Source of the DNA: a virus
DNA length: 64,000 bases
Virus record (IMG/VR): IMGVR_UViG_3300044638_004964
Location: 1 to 64,000 of that record
Reading direction: 5' to 3' (one strand)
Numbering within the stretch: the first letter of the stretch is position 1; each line of letters starts with the position of its first letter. Below the pieces are notes generated by a model, which ran no database searches, was not told where the DNA came from, and worked only from the letters and a program-made list of their open reading frames with translations. Of the stretch, positions 26,810-36,347 are shown piece by piece. The position numbers and the translations under genes were made by a program.

Positions 26810-28933
26810 ATGCTTAAAATTGGTAGCACAACAGTAACTAAATCCTATATTGGATCAGTAGAATTATCAGCTATTTATGCTGGTAATAATTTGATTTATT
26901 CGTCTGTTCCAACAACAACTAGTGCGCCAACCACAACAACGACTACTACGGCAACGCCAACAACAACAACAACTACTGCACCTACTACCACCACGACCAC
27001 CACAACAACATCAACCACCACCACCACCACGACCACCACAACAACATCAACCACCACCACCACCACGACCACCACAACAACATCAACCACCACCACGACC
27101 ACCACAACAACATCAACCACTACTACCACCACCACTACCACTACCACCACTACAACTACGGCAGAGCCAACAGTTGACCCGTTTTTCAGCAACGTCGCCC
27201 TATTGCTACATATGGACGGCAACTTAAGTACGTTTACTGACTCGTCTTCCACTCCGAAGACAGTAAATGCCATTGGTACAGCTACGCAATCCACAACACA
27301 AAGTAGGTGGGGCGGTAAGAGTGGTTATTTTGGCGGCGATGGCGACCGTCTTACCATTCCCGATGCGACTTCGTTTTATTTCGGAAGCGGAGATTATGTT
27401 GTAGAAGCGTGGCTGTATATCCCCATCCTAAATACTGAAGGCGGCGGGTATTTTTTCTCTCAGTCAGCAAACATATCAGATAATAACAACAGGCAACATG
27501 CTTTTAGCGTTAATTCTACTGGCTTGTCTGTGTATTTCACTACAAGCGGGGGTAACGATAACTCTATCTCATTCTCAGCCACAATTCCTACTAACCAATG
27601 GTTTCACGTAGCGTTTAGTCGAAGTAGTCAAATGCTTAGTGCTTATTTAAACGGTGAGCGCGTAGGCGAGCCTATTTCGAACAACGCGACTTATTACAAT
27701 AGTTCAGCAAATGTATGTGTTGGGTCTTTTGGAGAATACGCACAAAATGGATACGAATATTTAGATTTTACGGGCTTCATAGATGACTTGCGTGTTACTA
27801 CAGGGAGCAACAGGGGTTACGTTGGAGCTACAATCACGGTTCCAACAGCCGCGTTCCCAGATTCCGCCCCTCCTACTACTACCACTACAACTACAACTAC
27901 GACCACGGCAGATCCAACAATTGGCGACCCGCTGTTTAGCAGCGTGTCACTTCTTCTCCACATGGACGCCTCGCCATTTGTTGACTCGTCTGCAAATGAT
28001 GTGGACATTGAAAGCAACAGCGTATCGGCAGACACTTCTATTAAGAAATTTGGCAACGCTAGTATGCAGGGGAACTCCAGCTACCTATCTATTTTAGATG
28101 CGTCAGCAGTAGATTTCGGCAATTACGGAACCTTTACCATCGAAATGTGGTATCGCAGAAGCGCATCGCAGTCGGCAGATGACACCCTTTATCAGACGTT
28201 TACCAATACAGGATCGAATTCGGGGCATATAGTCGCTGTGAATACGTTAGGACAGCTTATCGTATATGAGCGCGAGCGTTATTTAGTACAGAACGCTGCG
28301 GCTTTTCCAAACACCGATCAGTGGTATCACTTCGCGATCTCCGTCCAAGCTGGGGCTTTGTCGGCATATGTAGATGGCGCACTCGTTGCCACCGGCTCGT
28401 TCACATCAAACGGCGGTGCTGGAACGATGTCTACTGATCGGAATTGGATTGGGGGAAACATTTACGGCGGGAGACTCGCGGGCTGGATTGACGATTTTCG
28501 CGTCACCAAGAATCACGCCCGCACCATTACAGTACCCACAGCCCCATACCCAGATTTCGGCCCGACAACAACAACCACAACAACCACAACAACGACTGCC
28601 GCTCCCGCTGTGTCGCTATCAACACCATACGGTGCTGTTACTGGCTCTGGCACAGTGTCATCTAAATGGACATGGCAGTCGGGTTCTGGATTTTCGGAAG
28701 GAACTAGTGCAAAACTTCTTACAGCGAATAGCAGTATCACTTTACAAGCAACTCTCACTCAAACCGGGGGCGGAAACTGCGATAGAGGCGAGACTCTAAG
28801 TCTGGGGATTTATTCCGCCGCAGATGTTCGGGTCAGGACTATGTCGGGCAGCGCAGAAACTCTCACGGCAGGTCAATACATTTTTATGGAACTAGACTGC
28901 GCACACGCAAGAGCGGAGGTGTGGGTTGTTTAA
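26810..28933 (+). CDS. fibre/receptor-binding protein with two LamG (ConA-like) modules joined by poly-Thr linkers
   Basis: Two DP.FS.V.LLLHMD...E.W...W.H.A...G.IDD.RVT modules; three Thr tracts. Confidence 0.85.
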   Translation: MLKIGSTTVTKSYIGSVELSAIYAGNNLIYSSVPTTTSAPTTTTTTTATPTTTTTTAPTTTTTTTTTSTTTTTTTTTTTSTTTTTTTTTTTSTTTTTTTTTSTTTTTTTTTTTTTTTAEPTVDPFFSNVALLLHMDGNLSTFTDSSSTPKTVNAIGTATQSTTQSRWGGKSGYFGGDGDRLTIPDATSFYFGSGDYVVEAWLYIPILNTEGGGYFFSQSANISDNNNRQHAFSVNSTGLSVYFTTSGGNDNSISFSATIPTNQWFHVAFSRSSQMLSAYLNGERVGEPISNNATYYNSSANVCVGSFGEYAQNGYEYLDFTGFIDDLRVTTGSNRGYVGATITVPTAAFPDSAPPTTTTTTTTTTTADPTIGDPLFSSVSLLLHMDASPFVDSSANDVDIESNSVSADTSIKKFGNASMQGNSSYLSILDASAVDFGNYGTFTIEMWYRRSASQSADDTLYQTFTNTGSNSGHIVAVNTLGQLIVYERERYLVQNAAAFPNTDQWYHFAISVQAGALSAYVDGALVATGSFTSNGGAGTMSTDRNWIGGNIYGGRLAGWIDDFRVTKNHARTITVPTAPYPDFGPTTTTTTTTTTTAAPAVSLSTPYGAVTGSGTVSSKWTWQSGSGFSEGTSAKLLTANSSITLQATLTQTGGGNCDRGETLSLGIYSAADVRVRTMSGSAETLTAGQYIFMELDCAHARAEVWVV
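26993..27118 (+). repeat. tandem repeat, 4 copies of ACGACCACCACAACAACATCAACC(ACC)n, inside the poly-Thr tract
   Basis: Copies start at 26993, 27029, 27065 and 27095 (periods 36, 36, 30). Confidence 0.9.
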
Positions 28934-29330
28934 TCACATAGCTTTGCCTCCTAAACCAACCAGCTTTCTGCCTCGCGGTGTTGCAACTGATCCGCTAACT
29001 GTTCCACCGCTACAAGACGTTCCTACGGCTGAAAACGGATTGTTTTCTGGCTCATGTGCTAAAGACTTGTACGGCGAGTCATGTACAAACGTAATCTGGT
29101 ATCCTCCCGGTGGCTGGATGGATTGGCACACAAATAGCAATAATCCCGGCAAGCGATTATATGTATCATGGAGTGAAACGGGTAAAAGTGGGATGAGATG
29201 GCTTAACAAGAAAAATATTGTTGTTGAAGATCCAGATAAACCCGGATGGAACATAAGAATTTTTAATACACCAGAATGGCATATGGTATATGCAGATTGC
29301 TGGCGATTTAGTATAGGATGGAAACTATAA
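28926..29330 (+). CDS. cupin / 2OG-Fe(II) oxygenase-like protein
   Basis: YPPGGWMDWHTN, WH and RFSIG pattern. Confidence 0.5.
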   Translation: MFNHIALPPKPTSFLPRGVATDPLTVPPLQDVPTAENGLFSGSCAKDLYGESCTNVIWYPPGGWMDWHTNSNNPGKRLYVSWSETGKSGMRWLNKKNIVVEDPDKPGWNIRIFNTPEWHMVYADCWRFSIGWKL

Positions 29331-29521
29331 TGAAACATTTAGCAGAATTTTTAATTTGTGGAACCATTGGCACCTACTGTGTTTTACGGTTCGTATCTCT
29401 GATGCCTCGCGTGATCGCAGAAGCGCAGACATTAGTACGTGTAGCTACAGAGCGCCGTCAAGAAATTGAAGAATTATCAGATGATATAGATAACTCTAAA
29501 ATACATGATTATGGTTGGTAA
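29330..29521 (+). CDS. small membrane protein
   Basis: TAATG overlap; one hydrophobic helix. Confidence 0.45.
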   Translation: MKHLAEFLICGTIGTYCVLRFVSLMPRVIAEAQTLVRVATERRQEIEELSDDIDNSKIHDYGW

Positions 29522-29543
29522 CTAAAATACAAAGGAGATAATT

Positions 29544-29762
29544 GTGGCAATAACAACAACAGACGTAGTAACAAATGTGGTTCCCGGTAATGAAGTAATT
29601 AAAAACGCTTCATGCGTAGTATATTGTTTTAATACTGGAAATTATGGATCAGTACAAAGTACATTCCAAGGATCATTCACATATGATGAATTAGAAGATA
29701 AATATACAAGTCGTTTTGATAACATTAGCTACTACAATGCCGTAGATGGTGGTGGACCATGA
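29544..29762 (+). CDS. hypothetical protein
   Basis: AAGGAG SD, GTG start. Confidence 0.55.
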   Translation: MAITTTDVVTNVVPGNEVIKNASCVVYCFNTGNYGSVQSTFQGSFTYDELEDKYTSRFDNISYYNAVDGGGP

Positions 29763-30061
29763 GATATCTATTATTAATTTTATTACTTGCTGGATGTTCA
29801 ACAAATAATTGTAAATCTCTTCCAAATACAGAAATTACAGAAATGTATTCTTCTTATGTTGAAGAATGGAAGCAGCAAGCACAAACATCTTTCAAAGAAG
29901 CTGAAGATAAAATCTTTGTTGTAAACCCATTACCAAAACCAGATATTAATGATGGTACAAATCCAGATCCCGCAAAATGTATTTGCAAAGGCACAGGAAT
30001 TATTGTCCAAGGAGATGGACACAAAACAGCATGTCCGTTTCACAGTAAGTCACAAAAGTAA
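29759..30061 (+). CDS. lipoprotein with a Cys/His C-terminal motif
   Basis: Lipobox LLAGC; CICKGTG...GDGH..CPFH. Confidence 0.7.
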   Translation: MRYLLLILLLAGCSTNNCKSLPNTEITEMYSSYVEEWKQQAQTSFKEAEDKIFVVNPLPKPDINDGTNPDPAKCICKGTGIIVQGDGHKTACPFHSKSQK

Positions 30062-30075
30062 TTTAGGAGATTAAA

Positions 30076-30393
30076 ATGAATATTGAGCTTGTTCTTAGGA
30101 TTTTAGCAATCGTTGCCGGTTTATTATTAGTAGCATCTTGCTATTGGGTAGATTTTAATTATCTTTTAGCTAAAATGCTATTAAAGAAAAAACCAGTAGT
30201 AGAAAAAGACGTTGAAGTTGTTGTAGATACTGGTGATCAATTTTTACACATCATTGATCTATGGTATAAGCTACGTGCCCAGTGTGTAGATGCTAAACTA
30301 GATTCTGCCACACAAAAGCTAGACGAAGTTTTTCCACTTTTAAACAAGACTGAAGTCACAATAACCCCTGCTCCGGTAGCAAAGGTAGAATAA
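30076..30393 (+). CDS. membrane protein
   Basis: AGGAG SD; N-terminal TM. Confidence 0.6.
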   Translation: MNIELVLRILAIVAGLLLVASCYWVDFNYLLAKMLLKKKPVVEKDVEVVVDTGDQFLHIIDLWYKLRAQCVDAKLDSATQKLDEVFPLLNKTEVTITPAPVAKVE

Positions 30394-30394
30394 C

Positions 30395-30853
30395 ATGGTT
30401 AAAAAATTAATTGCGGCACTATTAATTGCCTATGGTATTTTTGGTTTAGGTTTTCTTAAAAATATACCTATTCCAAAACCAAAACCAGAACCAGTTGTAA
30501 TATTAAACGTTGATAAGCCTAATCAAGAGGTAATAGACTCTGTTAAAAACTTATCATCTTTGGTTACTGATCCATTAGATAGAGCCAAAATAGCTATTTT
30601 TAATTATGAGTTTGCCACCAGAGTAAAAAATTATAATACAGATTTGCAAAAAGTAAATGATGTTTATACCTTGGCTGGCAAAACTTTTTTTAAAAATGAA
30701 TTGGTTGGTAAATATAATGGACTTGGTGAGGGCGTAGTCAAACTAATAACAAGTCTTGTTTCAGATGATAATCACGACCTATCTCAAGAAGGAAAAGACA
30801 AAATTAGCGAACATTTTATGGGGCTAGCTTGGTCTTTACTACAAAAAGAGTAA
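30395..30853 (+). CDS. membrane-anchored protein with Pro-rich linker
   Basis: Signal anchor followed by IPIPKPKPEP. Confidence 0.6.
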   Translation: MVKKLIAALLIAYGIFGLGFLKNIPIPKPKPEPVVILNVDKPNQEVIDSVKNLSSLVTDPLDRAKIAIFNYEFATRVKNYNTDLQKVNDVYTLAGKTFFKNELVGKYNGLGEGVVKLITSLVSDDNHDLSQEGKDKISEHFMGLAWSLLQKE

Positions 30854-30857
30854 TAAA

Positions 30858-31496
30858 ATGAATTACGACATAAGCAAGGTAAAAGATATTTTTAAGTCTG
30901 TTTTTTCAGACATGGGATATGAGACTAGTGGAATGTCTTTTAAATGCCCATCACCACTTGGCATATCAATTGCCGATTCAGCAGACGCAATTGATATAAA
31001 CTTTACAAATAGTAAAAACTTACCCGTTGCAACCGTTAGGAAATTAATCAAGTTTAATTTAGATATTCTTGGTGTTAATTTAGGACCAACTGGTGGAGTA
31101 ATCAAAATAAAGTTCTTCCCAGATATCAAATTTGATTATAATGGGTCTGTCAAGTTTGGTGATTGCTCAAATAATATGGCTTATGAACTAATTTCTCAGG
31201 AAATCGATGATGAGTATGGCGATCCAGAAAGAAAAAAAATTGCTCAAAGATGCTTGCAATATGGTAGTGAATGGGCTACAATAGTCAGTGCCTCACAAAC
31301 AGAGCCAGTGACTTATTCAGAACGAGAGAAAAGAACACTAAGAAAACAATGCTATAATTTCATTTATGAAAATATAAAGAATGACAAAGAGATAGAATGC
31401 AAGTTTGTTATCTTAGGCGTTCTATTTTTAAACTTTGTTCTCCCAGTGATAATTGGTTGGATAGTCACGAAGATATTGAATCACTGGTTTAAATAA
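30858..31496 (+). CDS. protein with C-terminal membrane anchor
   Basis: Hydrophobic C-terminus FVILGVLFLNFVLPVIIGWIV. Confidence 0.55.
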   Translation: MNYDISKVKDIFKSVFSDMGYETSGMSFKCPSPLGISIADSADAIDINFTNSKNLPVATVRKLIKFNLDILGVNLGPTGGVIKIKFFPDIKFDYNGSVKFGDCSNNMAYELISQEIDDEYGDPERKKIAQRCLQYGSEWATIVSASQTEPVTYSEREKRTLRKQCYNFIYENIKNDKEIECKFVILGVLFLNFVLPVIIGWIVTKILNHWFK

Positions 31497-31534
31497 TCAA
31501 TCTTACCACGATTTAACGAAACGATAGGGATAAT

Positions 31535-33760
31535 ATGCAAGTTCAGAAGAGAAATGGAAATCTTGAAAAATATAACGTAGAAAAAATTCATAAAGTGGTA
31601 GAGTGGGCGATCAAGGATATCAATAATGTTTCTTGGTCAGATATAGAAATGAACGCCAAGCTTTCTCTTAGAGATGGCATCACAACACAAGAAATTCACC
31701 AAATTCTTGTCAAGTCAGCAAATGATCTGACTTCTCCAGCAAAGCCAAACTATCAGTATGTTGCTTCTAGATTATTGAATATGTCTTTACGTAAAGACCT
31801 GTGGGATAGATACGATAATCCACCATCACTATCTAAGCATATTAAATCAAATATTGAAAAGGGAGTTTATGACCCAGTATTATTTGAAAAGTGGTCAAAG
31901 GAGGATATCAAAGAAATAGAGTCCTGCATAGATCACGATAGAGATTATTTATACACATATGCTGGTCTACAGCAAATGATAGATAAATATCTTGTAAAGA
32001 ATAGAGCTACTGGCGAGATGTATGAAACTCCACAGTTTGCTTATATGGCTATTGCTATGGCTTTATTCAACGTTGTTGATGAAGTTAAGGATGCCTATGA
32101 ATGCTTCTCAACATTTAAAATTAATCTTCCAACCCCAATTATGGCTGGAGTTAGAACTAAAATCAAGCAATTCGCTAGTTGCGTACTAGTTGACGTTGAA
32201 GATGATTTAGATTCTATCTTTTCTAGTATTCATGCTGTTGGTAAATATACTGCCCGCCGTGCGGGAATAGGATTAAATGTTGGGCGAATTCGCCCAATTA
32301 ATTCTAGCATAAGGGGCGGTGAAGTTATTCATACTGGTCTTATCCCTTATCTTAAGATATTTGAATCAACGGTTAAGGCCACTAGTCAGAATGGTATTCG
32401 TGGAGGTTCAGCCACTGTACATATTCCATTTTGGCATTATGAAATTGAAGATGTAATGGTTCTTAAGAATAACGCTGGAACAGACGATAATAGAGTACGA
32501 AAGCTAGATTATTCCGTTCAGTTTAATAAGTTATTTTATGAACGACTAATTAAGAATGAAGATATTACACTATTTAGTCCAGAAGAAACTGGTGGACTAT
32601 ATAGCTCTATGAATAATAACGAAGATTTCAAGAAGCTTTATGAAAAGTATGAGAATTCTCGAAATATTAAAATGAAAAAGAAAATCAACGCTAGAAAGCT
32701 AGCAGAAATTTTCACTAAGGAAAGATTAGAAACTGGGCGAATCTATGTTATGAATATAGATAATGCTAATGAGCATGGATCATGGGATGCTCCAGTTTAT
32801 ATGAGTAATCTTTGTCAAGAAATTATTCATCCCACAAAGCCAATTAATTCTATTGAGGATAAAGAGGGCGAGATTGGTATTTGTATTTTATCAGCACTTA
32901 ATCTAACAGAACTAGATAGTGATGATGATATTGCTAATGCTTGCAGAATAGCTGTAAGAACTCTTGAGTCAGTTATAGATTATCAAGATTATCCAGTAGC
33001 TGCTGGAGAAAATTTCACAAAAAATCGTAGATCATTAGGTATTGGTATTACCAATTTAGCTGGTTTCTTAGCTAAGAATAAGTTAAAGTATGATGATCCA
33101 AATACTCTACAGCTAGTACATTCTACTATGGAAAAGATTCAATGGAATCTATTAAATGAATCATGCCGTTTGGCAGCAGAGCTTGGTTCTTGTAATAAGT
33201 TTAATGAAACAAAATATTCTAGAGGTTTACTACCGCTGGATTGGTATAAAAAAACAGTTGACGAACTGGTTAAGCCAGAGTATAATATGGATTGGGAGGG
33301 TCTAAGAGCCAGAATTAAAGAATATGGACTAAGACACTCAACCCTAACCGCTATAATGCCATGTGAGTCCTCTAGCGTTATCCAGAACAGCACAAATGGC
33401 ATTGAGCCTGTCAGAAGTCTACTTTCTTACAAGAAGGCTAAAAACGGCGTTCTAAAGCAGTTGGTGCCAAACTATGCGTCACGTAAAAACTATTATTCAT
33501 TAGCTTGGGAAATGGAAGATAATAAAGCTATACTTAATATATGTGCAATTCTACAAAAATTCGTAGATATGAGTATTAGCGTAAACTTATACTATAATTA
33601 TGCTCACTTTCCAGAAGGTAATATACCCTTGAGTGTTTTGATCAAAGATCAAATTTATGGTTTTAAATATGGTATTAAAAATTTTTACTATTGCAACACT
33701 CCAGATGGAGATGGAGCAACGGAGAAAGAAACCTGTGAAGGTGGATCGTGTGCAATTTAA
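31535..33760 (+). CDS. nrdA: class Ia ribonucleotide reductase alpha subunit
   Basis: ATP cone (VQKRNG), QFASC, SNLCQE, MPCESSS, C-terminal CEGGSC. Confidence 0.97.
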   Translation: MQVQKRNGNLEKYNVEKIHKVVEWAIKDINNVSWSDIEMNAKLSLRDGITTQEIHQILVKSANDLTSPAKPNYQYVASRLLNMSLRKDLWDRYDNPPSLSKHIKSNIEKGVYDPVLFEKWSKEDIKEIESCIDHDRDYLYTYAGLQQMIDKYLVKNRATGEMYETPQFAYMAIAMALFNVVDEVKDAYECFSTFKINLPTPIMAGVRTKIKQFASCVLVDVEDDLDSIFSSIHAVGKYTARRAGIGLNVGRIRPINSSIRGGEVIHTGLIPYLKIFESTVKATSQNGIRGGSATVHIPFWHYEIEDVMVLKNNAGTDDNRVRKLDYSVQFNKLFYERLIKNEDITLFSPEETGGLYSSMNNNEDFKKLYEKYENSRNIKMKKKINARKLAEIFTKERLETGRIYVMNIDNANEHGSWDAPVYMSNLCQEIIHPTKPINSIEDKEGEIGICILSALNLTELDSDDDIANACRIAVRTLESVIDYQDYPVAAGENFTKNRRSLGIGITNLAGFLAKNKLKYDDPNTLQLVHSTMEKIQWNLLNESCRLAAELGSCNKFNETKYSRGLLPLDWYKKTVDELVKPEYNMDWEGLRARIKEYGLRHSTLTAIMPCESSSVIQNSTNGIEPVRSLLSYKKAKNGVLKQLVPNYASRKNYYSLAWEMEDNKAILNICAILQKFVDMSISVNLYYNYAHFPEGNIPLSVLIKDQIYGFKYGIKNFYYCNTPDGDGATEKETCEGGSCAI

Positions 33761-34404
33761 AACGCATGTGTAATATATGTACTATTGAAAAACCATTAAC
33801 ATCAGAATTTTTCCATAAAAAATTAGACACTTTTCATTCTATATGTAAGGAATGTAGAAAAACTCAAGAAAAAACTAGATATTTAAAACAAAAAGGCAAA
33901 AAGAATATACAGAGTAAAGAGTATTATCAGAGCCACAAGGATAAACTTAAGTTATACGCCAAAAATTATAGACAAGAAAACACAGAAAAATTAGCAAATT
34001 ATGAAAAATTAAGGTATAAGAAAAAATCAGAAAAAAGAAAAATCTTAGCCTCTAAAGATGGTTCATCAAAAATACTACATAATATGAGAGTGTGTATTAA
34101 TAGGTGTGTAAGAAATAAACAAAAGTCATCACCAACACTCAAGTATCTGGGATGTTCTTTAGAGGAATTTAAAATACATTTGGAGTCAAAATTTGATGAA
34201 AACATGAATTGGTCTAATTATGGAAGACCAACAGGAACAAATCGGGATGGCTGGCACATAGATCATATTAAATCATTATCATCATTTAAATTTAGTAATA
34301 ATGATACATCAGAGCAATTTGAAGAAAAACTTAAATTAGCTTGGCACTATACAAACTTACAGCCCCTTTGGGGTCTGGATAATATATCAAAAGGGAAAAA
34401 ATGA
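33748..34404 (+). CDS. HNH-type homing endonuclease between nrdA and nrdB
   Basis: CNIC...CKEC; LGCS..EFK.HLE...MNWSNYG...WHIDHIK...HYTNLQPLW..N. Confidence 0.8.
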   Translation: MCNLKRMCNICTIEKPLTSEFFHKKLDTFHSICKECRKTQEKTRYLKQKGKKNIQSKEYYQSHKDKLKLYAKNYRQENTEKLANYEKLRYKKKSEKRKILASKDGSSKILHNMRVCINRCVRNKQKSSPTLKYLGCSLEEFKIHLESKFDENMNWSNYGRPTGTNRDGWHIDHIKSLSSFKFSNNDTSEQFEEKLKLAWHYTNLQPLWGLDNISKGKK

Positions 34405-34805
34405 AAAAATTAGACTTAATTTATAAGGTTGATGCTAATATGGATTGCCCGCCAGCTACTCAGGATATTGCTGTAAATCTAAAAAATAGGCAATATGCTA
34501 TAAATGTAGCTAATTATGGTCCAGCCAATCCAAACAATGAAGATGAAGAATATTGGCAGAAAAAAGCAGACCAGTTTAAAACATCCATAGATCAAGCTAA
34601 AACTATGAGATGTTCCAACTGTGCGGTCTTTATTATCAAAGAAAAAATGATGAATTGTATACAAGTTGGTTTAGCATCAGAAATGGAAAACGCTAAAAAG
34701 ATGATGGATTTAGCAGATTTAGGTTATTGTGAATTATTCGATTTTAAATGTGCCGGTAGTCGCACATGTGACGCTTGGGTGGCAAATGGACCTCTAAAAG
34801 ACTAG
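34401..34805 (+). CDS. Cys-rich hypothetical phage protein
   Basis: CPPATQD, CSNC, GYCELFDFKCAGSRTCDAW. Confidence 0.65.
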   Translation: MKKLDLIYKVDANMDCPPATQDIAVNLKNRQYAINVANYGPANPNNEDEEYWQKKADQFKTSIDQAKTMRCSNCAVFIIKEKMMNCIQVGLASEMENAKKMMDLADLGYCELFDFKCAGSRTCDAWVANGPLKD

Positions 34806-34824
34806 TGGAGAAATCTTTAAGATA

Positions 34825-35904
34825 ATGAAAACTATATTGAATAAAAATAATATCGACTACCTAACACAACCACTATTTCTAGGAGAGGATCTTTCTCTAC
34901 AGAGATATGACAAGTTTAAATATCCTGTATTTTTTGATCTCTTTAAGAAACAAATGGAATTCTTTTGGAGGCCAGAAGAAATTGAATTGAAAAAAGATAG
35001 AAACGATTTCAAGAATGACGATATAATGTCAGATAATGAACGCTTCATCTTTACATCTAATTTGAAATATCAAACCATGATGGATAGTGTTATCTGTCGC
35101 GGTGTTCCCACGCTGCTAGAATATGTTTCTAATCCAGAACTAGAAGCATGTATGAATGTGTGGCAATTTTTTGAACAAATCCATAGTTATAGCTATACCT
35201 ATATTATTAAAAATGTGTATAGCAACCCAAGCGATATTTTAGATAGTTGTTTAACAGACAAAGAAATTCTCAAACGAGCTAATGTTGCTATTAAAGAGTA
35301 CAATACTTTAAGAGACTTGAAAAAGTCTGGAACAACAAAAGACATTAAGAAACAAATATACTTAACACTAGTTAGTGTAAATATACTTGAAGCTGTGCGT
35401 TTTTATGTTTCATTTATTTGCGCTTTTGCTTTCGCAGAGAATAAGAAAATGATTGGTAATGCTGATATAATTAAGCTAATTAAAAGAGATGAGGCATTAC
35501 ATCTATATAATACTCAAGAAATTATTAAAATTTTGCACACTGTACCAGAAGAAGGATTTGTTAAAATAGCAGAAGAATGCCAAGAAGATGCTATTAAAAT
35601 GTTTGAATCAGCAGCAGCAGAAGAAAAAGCTTGGTCAGAATATCTATTTAAAGATGGGTCTATTATTGGACTTAACGAAAAAGTTATGGCTCAATATGTA
35701 GATTGGCTTTGCATGACCAGAAGAAAGAATATAGGTCTACCATACGATAAGGGTTGCAAAAATCCAATTGCCGGATGGACTGATCCGTGGATGAATAGCG
35801 AAGCTGTTCAAGTTGCTCCACAGGAACATGAGATTACTTCATATAAAATTGGTGCTAGCACAAACGATCTTGAGGATACAGACTTGGGAGGATTTGATCT
35901 ATGA
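34825..35904 (+). CDS. nrdB: ribonucleotide reductase beta subunit
   Basis: FFWRPEE, EQIHSYSY, EAVRFYVSF, RDEALH, APQE.EITSY. Confidence 0.97.
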   Translation: MKTILNKNNIDYLTQPLFLGEDLSLQRYDKFKYPVFFDLFKKQMEFFWRPEEIELKKDRNDFKNDDIMSDNERFIFTSNLKYQTMMDSVICRGVPTLLEYVSNPELEACMNVWQFFEQIHSYSYTYIIKNVYSNPSDILDSCLTDKEILKRANVAIKEYNTLRDLKKSGTTKDIKKQIYLTLVSVNILEAVRFYVSFICAFAFAENKKMIGNADIIKLIKRDEALHLYNTQEIIKILHTVPEEGFVKIAEECQEDAIKMFESAAAEEKAWSEYLFKDGSIIGLNEKVMAQYVDWLCMTRRKNIGLPYDKGCKNPIAGWTDPWMNSEAVQVAPQEHEITSYKIGASTNDLEDTDLGGFDL

Positions 35905-36347
35905 TAAATACTAAAGATCTTGCTTGGACTGTGTGGTGCAAGCAAATTGAAACAAATGCAAAAACTCCAACTAAAGCCAACACAAATGATGCTGGATGGG
36001 ATTTGTATTCAACTATTGACACCATTCTTCCACCAAAACAAAGAAAAACTGTCAAAACGGGGATAGCACTAGAGATGCCAGAAAATATGGCTGGATTAAT
36101 TTGGCCACGATCTGGACTATCTGTAAAACAAGGGATTGACGTACTAGCTGGAGTTGTAGACTCTGGCTATAGGGGAGAAGTCATGGTTTGTTTATACAAT
36201 ACCTCTGATGAGAATGTATCGATAAGCTGTGGGGATAGAATCGCGCAGATTATATTCCAAGAGGTTCCTCGCGTCATGATGATTAATCAAGAAGGGCTAG
36301 GTTCCTCGCAACGGGGAGACAACGGCTTTGGCAGCAGCGGCAAATAA
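35901..36347 (+). CDS. dut: trimeric dUTPase
   Basis: AGWDL, PRSGLS, GVVDSGYRGE, DRIAQ, RGDNGFGSSG. Confidence 0.97.
   Translation: MINTKDLAWTVWCKQIETNAKTPTKANTNDAGWDLYSTIDTILPPKQRKTVKTGIALEMPENMAGLIWPRSGLSVKQGIDVLAGVVDSGYRGEVMVCLYNTSDENVSISCGDRIAQIIFQEVPRVMMINQEGLGSSQRGDNGFGSSGK

Noticed and set aside
26993-27118. Possible CRISPR array (36-nt period, Cas4-like gene in window)
   Set aside because: Units are contiguous, in-frame Thr codons with no unique spacers
26896-27294. Poly-Val antisense ORF and Pro/Gln-rich shifted-frame ORF
   Set aside because: By-products of the (ACN)n Thr repeat
26810-28933. Diversity-generating retroelement target
   Set aside because: No reverse transcriptase and no near-identical TR/VR pair differing at adenines in this window
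33748-34805. Intron in nrdA or nrdB carrying the HNH gene
   Set aside because: NrdA ends with its CxxxxC tail and NrdB is complete; the endonuclease is intergenic
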